Source of the DNA: Cyanophora paradoxa CCMP329
Taxonomy: Eukaryota; Plantae; Glaucophyta
NCBI GenBank assembly: GCA_004431415.1
Contig: QPMI01000681.1
Span: 1 to 29,862 of the forward strand
Length of the DNA: 29,862 nucleotides
Direction: 5' to 3'
Position numbers and translations under genes: made by a program. Position 1 is the stretch's first letter, and the number at the start of each line of letters is the position of its first letter. The notes beneath the pieces are model-generated. The model was given only the letters and a program-made list of their open reading frames with translations, was not told the DNA's origin and did no database searches. Shown one piece after another: positions 1 through 10,247 of this stretch.

Positions 1-3000
1 AGAGTGGTTACTGATATCCATGGACAGAAAAAAGGAAACCACAAGTAGAAAAAGGAAGAGGCGCACCCAGTGGTCCACTCGAGATTGGTGAAGCCCCGGA
101 GGATAACCATTGTTGCCTCCGGTGTTGTTCCCGGTACATCAAGCCGGTGCACTTGACTGGAGACGCTGCAGCGCGCGGCACTTGCGTGGCCGTGCACTCC
201 AGTGCACCGTCGTTTGGCGGTAGGCGAGCCAGCTTCTCGACGTACGCACGTGCTGCGGGGCTCGCTGCCCTCGCGTCCCGTATCGCGGACCTTGCGACCA
301 CGGCGATGCTCCCCCGTACCGATCTGGAGCCTCCTTCCTCCCGTGACATTGCAGGGAACCAGTGCAGTTTCGCCTTCAGGGTATTGCTCAGCGCGTTGAA
401 GTATCGGTTCTCGGTGTTCGCCACGCTGCGACGCGCCCAAGTCAGAGCACGTTCAGCGGGAGAAGGGAAATAAGAAGGAAAAGAAACAAAGGAAAAGAAA
501 GAAAAGAGAAGGGGGTACGCGGACCGTCTGTACAAGCAGGACAGGATGGGTGTCGGAATAGGCCGCTCAGGTGTGCCTAGCCATAGAGGCTTGTTTCGCC
601 TCGTGTATGGCGGAGGCACATACGCCTCAACATCGATGTCCACATCGACCAATTGTCCGCGCCGTTTGGCTGAGTTTCTCGTGAGCTTGAGCATTTGCGA
701 TAACCGTTGCTCGTACCTGTTGGACTTTCCGTGTAGTTCTCCTGTATGCCGTCGCGCCGAGTTCGTCCACCTCGGGGTACTCCTCTCCAGAGTCGTTGCC
801 CCCATTCAGCATCCGGTGTGTTAGAACATCTGACTTGGAGCCCATCTGTTCCAGCACTGCAGCCACTTGCTTCAGAGCCTGAAAGCTGTTCTCCGCTGCG
901 CGACCTGTACCGTATTTCTCCTGCACCGGAATTAGAGTTCAGTAACCCCTTCTGTGGCGTCGTCTTCGTACCCCTCGCACGCACCGCCAGCTCTGGCTTC
1001 ATGCGCAGCCGGGTGAAGAGCTCGTTCGCCGGCGCTTCGTGGTGGAGAACGGCAGGGTTTCCCATTGCCTCGTGGCACGCCTGTGGAGAACGGCAGGGTA
1101 CGCGCATCAGCTCCACGTGTCGGGGGGGGGGGGTACGCGTAGCGAAGGGGAGGGGGGTTGGAGGGGGGGGTAGTCGAACCTCCATTGGACTTGGCGCCTG
1201 TTCGGGAGCCGGGCCTGGGTCTTGACCTGCTTGCCGCGCGGCCTCCCACGCTGCTCGCGCCCGCCTTGCGTTGCCGTGCTCCTCGTCGTCGAATGCCTTG
1301 GCTAGATCTACAAGGCCTTTGAATATGAGCTGGTTGGCAATTGTCGCCCACCGCCGAAAACGCGATTTGCGGACAAGGTCTGAGAAGATAATGCCGACTG
1401 ATATGCTGCTTGCCGGCCCTGCAAGAAGGCGAAGAAGCTCCTTGCCGCTCTTCCGAACAGCCTGCAGGACCTGCACATCGCTTGCAATCTTGCCGCCACG
1501 ACCGACATCCCTGTTGCCTCCGTACGCGTTGCACTTCCGAAGAAGCTTCTTCACCTCCGGGTACGACACGAGATCGTCCTGCGCCTTGCGCTTCCGCCCT
1601 TTCCCACGTGGCAACTCTTCCACCAACGCGGCCTCTGCAGCTGCTGCTGCAAGCTCCACACATGCATGAAGCCTGCGTCGCCATTGGTAAGAAAAAAAAC
1701 TTTACCCCCCCCCCCCCCCCCCCCCCCCCGGATGCATACCACAGCTGGAGTGATTCGCCTTCCCGTGTCTGCTGCTGTGCTGCGTGCACTGATTGAGCGA
1801 GACTGCGGAACTGGCCCTTCATTTCTTCCTTCGTGCCAAGGTACATTGCTTGCTGGCTGAGCCCGAGAGTCGCTTGCATACGCAGAAGGTTGATTTCAGA
1901 CTGTCCGTTTGTGACCTAATATAAAATTAAGAACATGTTACGAAAAGACAGAGCATGAAAGCATCGTGCACCTCCATGAAAGCATTTGCAAGACCTTGTG
2001 CCCGTGCAGGCTCACGGTCCAACTCAGCGTCTCCTGGCCGCAGGGCCAGAAGCTGTGTGAGCACAGCAGCAGCTGAGCGGATCTCGCCATCATCAGGGGC
2101 TGCATCACATTTCGGTTTTCAAAATAGAATGCAGTGATTTGAAGGGGACGTACTGTAGAAATCGAGTGATGAATTGCTCGATCGCCCGTAGAAGAACACC
2201 TCTATCCAGAGCGATAGGAACATCTTCGATTCAACAGCGTATGATCGTTTGTCATCGCTAGTACTTGTGTCATCCTTGCCCTCCTGAAAGTCCAGAGACA
2301 AGATGACCTGACCGGGCAGCAAGTAAGCAGAAGAAGCACGAGGCAAGCTGGCATGGACACGTGCCAGATCTATCTCTCGCAGTCGTCTCTCACGGATGTA
2401 GATCTTGTTGGTATAGAAGCTCGTCACCCGGGCCTTTAGCCAGTCGTAGTGCCTGGCTCGAAGGTCCGTATCCACTGCAAACTCACCGTGCGCCCCTGGC
2501 ACGCCAAGGCCCAGAAATGCACACTGTGCCTGCAGTGAGTGCCGTGCTTCAACTGGCCAAGAAAGATAGATGCTTACGTCCATATCAATGAGCTCATCGA
2601 GTTGAGAAGAGCTTGAGGTATCTTCCTTGTCGCCAGCAGCTATATCAGCATCTGGATGAGGGTCGGGACCGGTGCGCTGAAGGCTTGGCGATTCGAGTGC
2701 GACCTAAATGCAGTATCTCATGGCGAATCTCAAGCTAAAGAAGATCGAGGACGCACAGTGCTCATGAAGTGCTTCAGAGCATGGAGATCCTCCAGTGTCC
2801 GTGTCCGGTTCTTTGCTGGTTCACCTCGAAACTGCAACCGACAAGCGTTCGCCTGAGCTTGCCGAGCCGCTTCTGTCACCTGGAGAAGTTGGTCTTAGAT
2901 TCCATTCGATCAATTCTTTGAGCTGCAGAGCACCTCATCAAGCCAATCAACACAACTCTGAAATTTGGGGCCTCGAAACGCTCCCTTTGTGCCCACAAAC

Positions 3001-4551
3001 AGGTTGCGCAGTGCACGCAGCATCTGCAGGGGCAGGTCGACGATGATGTCCTCCACATAATGCACTTGGGGTCCAGATCTGCAAACATGATAAGACAAAG
3101 AGGCGGCGTGCAGATTCACAGAGAAACGCACAGATCTCGAAGGGTGCATGTGCTTGTCGCCTTCTGCCGCGCCACCAGCGTCGCCGCCCGCTGCGCGTCC
3201 AGGGCGCCACCCGCCGCGCCGCCTCCCGTTGCCGCCTCCCGCGCCGCCTCCCGCGCCGCCCGCGCCGCCTCCCGCGCCGCCTCCGCGCCGCGCACCGGGC
3301 CGGGGGGGGAGGGACAGGGCGGGGGGGCGGGCCCGGGGGAGGGCGGCCGGGGGAGGACGGGCCCGGGGGAGGGGCGGGGCGGGGGGAGGGGGCGGGGGGA
3401 GGGCGGCCGGGGAGGCGGGCCGGGGGGAGGGCGGCCCGGGGAGGGGCGGGCCGGGGGAGGGGGGCGGGGGAGGGGCGGGCCCGGGGGGGGAGGGGCGGCC
3501 CGGGGGGAGGGGCGGAGGCCGGGGGGAGGGCGGGCCGGGGGAGGGCGGGCCCGGGGGAGGGCGGGCACGGGGGGAGGGCGGCCGGGGGAGGGGGGGGCCC
3601 GGGGGAGGGGGGCCCGGGAGGGGAGGGCGGGACAAGCTCAAGGCCGGAGCCGCCCCGAGGCCGCCACGAGCCACACCCGCCGCGCGGCCGCCAGAAGGGG
3701 TTGGGAGATGAGCTGGAGGTCCACTCCATCTCTTCCTCCCCAAAGAGTGTGCTCCTGGGTCGACATGCTGCGCAGTCGGGCATAAGACACCGAAAAGCAG
3801 CATCGCTTGGCCAATGAGAAGCGGTGGACGTCAAGCCCGCGGCGACCGTTAGAACTGAGAACCAGAAGCGATCGCCGGCCCAGCAGCTCTTTGTTAGAGG
3901 TCGGACTCGCTGGGTATGGCGCCGAACACAAAGCGATCGCCGAGCAATGAGAAGGCTCTATGCGCGGGGCAGATCTAGCGATCCAATTGAATAGAGAATC
4001 TCTATGCGAGCAAGCTCGCAGCGCTACGGGAGGCGCACGCACTGCAGGCTTGGCGTTGGCTGGTGCGACGAACTTGAAGCAGCTCCTGCGCAAGCGATCG
4101 CCGGTCAAGGCGGGGCAGATTCTAGCGATCCAATTGAATAGAGAACTCTATGCGAGCAAGCTCGCAGCCGTACGGGAGGCTGGGCACGCACTGCAGGCGT
4201 TGGCGTTGGCTGGTGCGACGAACTTGAAGCAGCTCCTGCGCAAGCGATCGCCGGTCAGAGAGCCTTCTCATCGCTCCGGCGATCGCTAGGCCCTGGTACC
4301 GAGTACTCCGGGGCGATCGCCAGCGCGAAACCGTCGGACGACGGACGCGGCGCCGGCGATCGCTTGAAAAAGGCCCCGGCCAGATCCGAGCCCACGGCCG
4401 GCGGGCATAGTGAACATAGTGCCAAAATTTCGCTCCGAAAACACGCTTTTTAGAAGGATCGGAAGAAAGCGCGCCCAGGCAGGTCCGAGGGCGGTCCGGA
4501 CGTACCTACTGACTCAGAGCTGCTTGCGCTGGGCCCGCCGGGCGACGCCAT
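1..4551 (-). CDS. Spliced multi-exon gene of unknown function, copy A (last exon lies outside the window)
   Basis: Manual splice model. ATG at 4551 (consensus context AACCATGG); exon 1 is 4506-4551 (MASPGGPSASSSESV), followed by a GTACGT donor. Short introns: 3079-3131, 2880-2933, 2704-2756, 2530-2577, 2308-2364 (GC-AG), 2100-2153, 1916-1971, 1673-1739, 1081-1179, 921-984, 670-716, 426-524, with the last donor near 66. In the consensus the junctions from 2880-2933 onward join in frame: DWLDE|VTEAA, HFMST|VALES, LIDMD|AQCAF, LDFY-T|PDDG, AFME|VTNG, LQLW|LHAC, PSPME|ACHE, KPELA|EKYG, KVQQ|PNGA, CLYRR|VANT. Each individual copy has indel frameshifts. Confidence 0.75.
3212..3630. repeat. Compound minisatellite: 12-mer GCCGCCTCCCGC repeats followed by a G-rich ~15-18-mer (GGGCCCGGGGGAGGGGC-like) array, copy 1
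   Basis: Directly visible. The minus strand reads as (GPAPPP/GPVPPP)n then (GAGG)n in the most consistent frame. The G-rich part is ~337 bp. Confidence 0.95.
3962..4259. repeat. Tandem duplication of a ~150-bp cassette (2 copies) in unit 1
   Basis: GCGGGGCAGAT...GATCGCCGGTCA occurs twice, starting near 3964 and 4110. Confidence 0.95.
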
Positions 4552-4973
4552 GTTGAGAGATCGAATCCCTGCGCGCCGCCTTACAGCGGCCGAGGAAGGG
4601 GCGACGCTGCAGAATTCGATGATGTGAACCTCGGACAAGCGAAAGCGTGTAGCTAGCGCGCCGCCGGCGCCGCGGGTGAGCCGATGAAGCGAGCGATGTG
4701 TACTCCTCGCGTGCGCGGGGCGGCGAAGTCGCCTGCGGGGCGGGCGTGGCGCCGCGGGCTGGAGCACGGCGCGCGCGCTGCGAAAGCGCTATGCGCGAGC
4801 TTTGCGCGAGCTTTGCGTCGACGCCGGCGCGCCTCACTTTCGAAGTCGGGGTACCCCCCGACTCATTCCCCCTTAAACTTGGGGCTCGGTGGCTTAAAAG
4901 CGAAGGCTCTGGGGTACATCGACGAAATTTGACTTGCTCCACAAAATTGCAAGGCGGCTCAAGAACTCTACGC

Positions 4974-7900
4974 TCACTGGAAGTTCAACTGCGGCCCTAC
5001 AAACTGCTTGCACCGCTCCACTAGCTCATCTAGTCTACCTGGTCAGCAAACCGATCCTCCTCGGCCACTAGCGGCTGCGAAACCATTCTTTCGCAACCGC
5101 AACAAATGGTGCGCAGTCCATTGGCTGCGCTGGTGTGCCCGGCGCATACACCGACCCATCGAGGCGAGAAAAGAATCTCGAGCACGCGTCAGCTCGGCAT
5201 CTTGCCTTGAAGATGACCAGCGGTCGTGTGGAAGGTCATATCATGCACAGGCTCCGGAGCTGAAGAGGCCTGCACTAATGCAGCGGCGTGACTCTTGATG
5301 GTGACTCTGCTCTGATATATATGAGCTCGAGGCAATCAGCAAGATGGTTACTGATATCCATGACAGAAAAAAGGAAACCACAAGTAGAAAAAGGAAGAGG
5401 CGCACGGCCAGTGGTCCCACTCGAATTGGTGAAGCCCCGGAGGATAACCATTGTTCCTCCGTGTTGTTCCCGTACATCAAGCCGTGCACTTGACTGGAGA
5501 CGCTGCAGCGCGCGCACCTGCGTGGCCGTGCACTCCAGTGCACCGTCGTTTGGCGTAGGCGAGCCAGCTTCTCGACGTACGCACGTGCTGCGGGCTCGCT
5601 GCCCTCGCGTCCCGTATCGCGGTTGCGACCACGGCGATGCTCCCCCGTACCGATCTGGAGCCTCCTTCCTCCCGTGACATTGCAGGAACCATGCAGTTCG
5701 CCTTCAGGTATTGCTCAGCGCGTTGAAGTATCGGTTCTCGGTTCGCCACGCTGCGACGCGCCCAAGTCAGAGCACGTTCAGCGGGAGAAGGGAAATAAGA
5801 AGGAAAAGAAACAAAGGAAAAGAAGAAAAGAGAAGGGGTACGCGGACCGTCTGTACAAGCAGGACAGATGGGTGTCGGAATAGGCCGCTCAGGTGCCTAG
5901 CCATAGAGGCTTGTTTCGCTCGTGTATGGCGGAGGCACATACGCCTCAACATCGATGTCCACATCGACAATTGTCCCGCGCCGTTTGGCTGAGTTTCTCG
6001 TGAGCTTGAGCATTTGCGATAACCGTTGCTCGTACCTGTTGGACTTTCCGTGTAGTTCTCCTGTATGCCGTCGCGCCGAGTTCGTCCACCTCGGGTACTC
6101 CTCTCCAGAGTCGTTGCCCCCATTCAGCATCCGGTGTGTTAGAACATCTGACTTGGAGCCCATCTGTTCCAGCACTGCAGCCACTTGCTTCAGAGCCTGA
6201 AAGCTGTTCTCCGCGCGCGACCTTACCGTATTTCTCCTGCACCGGAATTAGAGTTCAGTAACCCCTTCTGTGCGTCGTCTTCGTACCCCTCGCACGCACC
6301 GCCAGCTCTGGCTCATGCGCAGCCGGGTGAAGAGCTCGTTCGCCGGCGCTTCGTGGTGGAGAACGGCAGGGTTTCCATTGCCTCGTGGCACGCCTGTGGA
6401 GAACGGCAGGGTACGCGCATCAGCTCCACGTGTCGGGGGGGGGGGGTACGCGTAGCGAAGGGGAGGGGTTGGAGGGGGGGGTAGTCGAACCTCCATTGGA
6501 CTTGGCGCCTGTTCGGGAGCGGGCCTGGGTCTTGACCTGCTTGCCGCGCGGCCTCCCACGCTGCTCGCGCCCGCCTTGCGTTGCCGTGCTCCTCGTCGTC
6601 GAATGCCTTGGCTAGATCTACAAGGCCTTGAATATGAGCTGGTTGGCAATTGTCGCCCACCGCCGAAAACGCGATTTGCGGACAAGTCTGAGAAGATAAT
6701 GCCGACTGATATGCTGCTTGCCGGCCCTGCAAGAAGCGAAGAAGCTCCTTGCCGCTCTTCCGAACAGCCTGCAGGACCTGCACATCGCTTGCAATCTTGC
6801 CGCCACGACCGACATCCCTGTTGCCTCCGTACGCGTTGCACTTCCGAAGAAGCTCTTCACCTCCGGGTACGACACGAGATCGTCCTGCGCTTGCGCTTCC
6901 GCCTTTCCCACGTGGCAACTCTTCCACCAACGCGGCCTCTGCAGCTGCTGCTGCAAGCTCCACACATGCATGAAGCCTGCGTCGCCATTGTAAGAAAAAA
7001 AACTTTACCCCCCTCCGCCCCCCCCCCCCCCCCCGGATGCATACCACAGCTGGAGTGATTCGCCTTCCCGTGTCTGCTGCTGTGCTGCGTGCACTGATTG
7101 AGCGAGACTGCGGAACTGCCCTTCATTTCTTCCTTCGTGCCAAGGTACATTGCTTGCTGGCTGAGCCCGAGAGTCGCTTGCATACGCAGAAGGTTGATTT
7201 CAGACTGTCCGTTTGTGACCTAATATAAAATTAAAGAACATGTTACGAAAAGACAGAGCATGAAAGCATCGTGCACCTCCATGAAAGCATTTGCAAGACC
7301 TTGTGCCCGTGCAGGCTCACGGTCCAACTCAGCGTCTCCTGGCCGCAGGGCCAGAAGCTGTTGAGCACAGCAGCAGCTGAGCGGATCTCGCCATCATCAG
7401 GGCTGCATCACATTTCGGTTTTCAAAATAGAATGCAGTGATTTGAAGGGGACGTACTGTAGAAATCGAGTGATGAATTGCTCGATCGCCCGTAGAAGAAC
7501 ACCTCTATCCAGAGCGATAGAACATCTTCGATTCAACAGCGTATGATCGTTTGTCATCGCTAGTACTTTGTTCATCCTTGCCCTCCTGAAAGTCCAGAGA
7601 CAAGATGACCTGACCGGGCAGCAAGTAAGCAGAAGAAGCACGAGGCAAGCTGGCATGGACACGTGCCAGATCTATCTCTCGCAGTCGTCTCTCACGGATG
7701 TAGATCTTGTTGGTATAGAAGCTCGTCACCCGGCCTTTAGCCAGTCGTAGTGCCTGGCTCGAAGGTCCGTATCCACTGCAAACTCACCGTGCGCCCCTGG
7801 CACGCCAAGGCCCAGAAATGCACACTGTGCCTGCAGTGAGTGCCGTGCTTCAACTGGCCAAGATAGATAGATGCTTACGTCCATATCAATGAGCTCATCG

Positions 7901-9832
7901 AGTTGAGAAAGCTTGAGGTATCTTCCTTGTCGCCAGCAGCTATATCAGCATCTGGATGAGGGTCGGGACCGGTGCGCTGAAGGCTTGGCGATTCGAGTGC
8001 GACCTAAATGCAGTATCTCATGGCGAATCTCAAGCTAAAGAAGATCGAGGACGCACAGTGCTCATGAAGTGCTTCAGAGCATGGAGATCCTCCAGTGTCC
8101 GTGTCCGTTCTTTGCTGGTTCACCTCGAAACTGCAACCGACAAGCGTTCGCCTGAGCTTGCCGAGCCGCTTCTGTCACCTGGATAAGTTGGTCTTAGATT
8201 CCATTCGATCAATTCTTTGAGCTGCAGAGCACCTCATCAAGCCAATCAACACAACTCTGAAATTTGGGGCCTCGAAACGCTCCCTTTGTGCCCACAAACA
8301 GGTTGCGCAGTGCACGCAAGCATCTGGCAGGGGCAGGTCGACGATGATGTCCTCCACATAATGCACTTGGGGGTCCAGATCTGCAAACATGATAAGACAA
8401 AGAGGCGGCGTGCAGATTTCACAGAGAAACGCACAGATCTCGAAGGGTGCATGTGCTTGTCGCCTTCTGCCAGCGCCACCAGCGTCGCCGCCCGCTGCGC
8501 CGTCCAGGGCGCCACCCGCCGCGCCGCCTCCCGTGCCGCCTCCCGCCGCTCCCGCGCCGCCTCCCGCGCCGCCTCCCGCGCCGCCTCCCGCGCGCGCACC
8601 GGCCGGGGAGGGGGGACAGGGCCGGGGGGGGGCGGCCGGGGGAGGGCGGCCGGGGAGGACGGCCCGGGGGAGGCGGGCCGGGGAGGGGGGGGCGGAGGGG
8701 CGGCCCGGGAGGGCGGGCCCGGGGAGGGGCGGCCCGGGGAGGGCGGGCCGGGGAGGGGGGCGGGGGAGGGCGGCCCGGGGAGGGCGGCCCGGGGAGGGGC
8801 GGCCCGGGGGAGGGGCGGCCGGGGGAGGGACGGGCCGGGGAGGGCGGGCCGGGGAGGACGGCCGGGGGAGGCGGGCCGGGGAGGGGCGGGCCCGGGAGGG
8901 AGGCGGGGACAAGCTCAAGGCCGGAGCCGCCCCCGAGGCCGCCCACGAGGCCACCACCCGCCGCGCGGCCCGCCAGAAGGGGTTGGGAGATGAGCTGGAG
9001 GTCCACTCCATCTCTTCCTCCCAAAGAGTGTGCTCCTGGGGTCGACATGCTGCGCAGTCGGCATAAGACACCGAAAAGCAGCGATCGCTTGGCCAATGAG
9101 AAGGCGGTGGACGTCAAGCCCGCGGCGACCGTTAGAACTGAGAACCAGAAGCGATCGCCGGCCCAGCAGCTCTTTGTTAGAGGTCGGACTCGCTGGGTAT
9201 GGCGCCGAACACAAAGCGATCGCCGAGCAATGAGAAGGCTCTATGCGCGGGCAGATCTAGCGATCCAATTGAATAGAGAATCTCTATGCGAGCAAGCTCG
9301 CAGCGCTACGGGAGGCGGGCACGCACTGCAGGCGTTGGCGTTGGCTGGTGCGACGAACTTGAAGCAGCTCCTGCGCAAGCGATCGCCGGTCAGAGCGCGG
9401 GCAGATCTAGCGATCCAATTGAATAGAGAATCTCTATGCGAGCAAGCTCGCAGCGCTACGGGAGGCGGGCACGCACTGCAGGCGTTGGCGTTGGCTGGTG
9501 CGACGAACTTGAAGCAGCTCCTGCGCAAGCGATCGCCGGTCAGAGAGCCTTCTCATCGCTCCGGCGATCGCTAGGCCTGGTACCGAGTACTCCGGGCGAT
9601 CGCCAGCGCGAACCGTCGGACGACGGACGCGGCGCCGGCGATCGCTTGAAAAAGGCCCCGGCCAGATCCGAGCCCACGGCCGGCGGCATAGTGAACATAG
9701 TGCCAAAATTTCGCTCCGAAAACACGCTTTTTAGAAGGATCGGAAGAAAGCGCGCCCAGGCAGGTCCGAGGGCGGTTCCGGGACGTACCTACTGACTCAG
9801 AGCTGCTTGCGCTGGCCGCCGGGCGACGCCAT
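4974..9832 (-). CDS. Spliced multi-exon gene of unknown function, copy B (~1,100 aa in consensus)
   Basis: Same model as copy A. ATG at 9832; last intron 5307-5405 (GTGCGC...CAG); stop TGA at 4974-4976 after VGPQLNFQ. This copy has many 1-bp deletions, probably sequencing errors. Confidence 0.72.
8518..8908. repeat. Compound G-rich minisatellite, copy 2
   Basis: As in copy 1; the G-rich part is ~310 bp. Confidence 0.95.
9245..9544. repeat. Exact tandem duplication of the 150-bp cassette in unit 2
   Basis: 9245-9394 is identical to 9395-9544. The cassette is single in units 3, 4 and 5 (e.g. 14587-14737). Confidence 0.97.
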
Positions 9833-10247
9833 GGTGAGAGATCGAATCCCTGCGCGCCGCCTTACAGCGGCCGAGGAAGGGGCGACGGCTGCAGAATTCG
9901 ATGATGTGAACCTCGGACAAGCGAAAGCGTGTAGCTAGCGCGCCGCCGCGCCGCGGGTGAGCCGATGAAGCGAGCGATGTGTACTCCTCGCGTGCGCGGG
10001 CGCGGCGAAGTCGCCTGCGGGGCGGCGTGGCGCCGCGGGCTGAGCACGGCGCGCGCGCTGCGAAGCGCTATGCGCGAGCTTTGCGCGAGCTTTGCGTCGA
10101 CGCCGCGCGCCTCACTTTCGAAGGTCGGGTACCCCCGACTCATTCCCCCTAAACTTGGGGCTCGGTGGCTTAAAAGCGAAGGCTCTGGGTACATCGACGA
10201 AATTTGACTTGCTCCACAAAATTGCAAGGCGCTCAAGAACTCTACGC

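Noticed and set aside
225-375. KLHW...YVEK resembling HUH Rep motifs II and III, plus an HMH in an alternative frame near 3150
   Set aside because: There is only one His, no motif I and no SF3 helicase Walker motifs, and the HMH is far away in an uncertain frame. This is not enough to call a Rep or Helitron protein.
2910-3834. Long Pro/Gly/Arg-rich ORFs in all six frames across the G-rich repeat (and their equivalents in each unit)
   Set aside because: They are open only because the repeat has no stop codons. At most one minus-strand frame is coding. Resemblance to collagen, extensin or herpesvirus repeats is compositional.
3800-4363. GCGATCGC as evidence of cyanobacterial origin, or as a CRISPR-like array
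   Set aside because: The sites are locally clustered in a gene with spliceosomal introns. The repeats are too short and irregularly spaced for CRISPR, and there are no cas genes.
9047-9574. Plus-strand ORF with a 50-aa repeat (RADLAIQLNRESLCEQ...)
   Set aside because: It is antisense to the 5' introns, its frame is not stable between units, and it has no independent support. The exon-cassette reading explains the segment better.
4974-9832. Calling the copies pseudogenes because of frameshifts
   Set aside because: The indels are mostly private to single copies and concentrated in homopolymers, with almost no substitutions. That is a long-read error profile, and the consensus is open.
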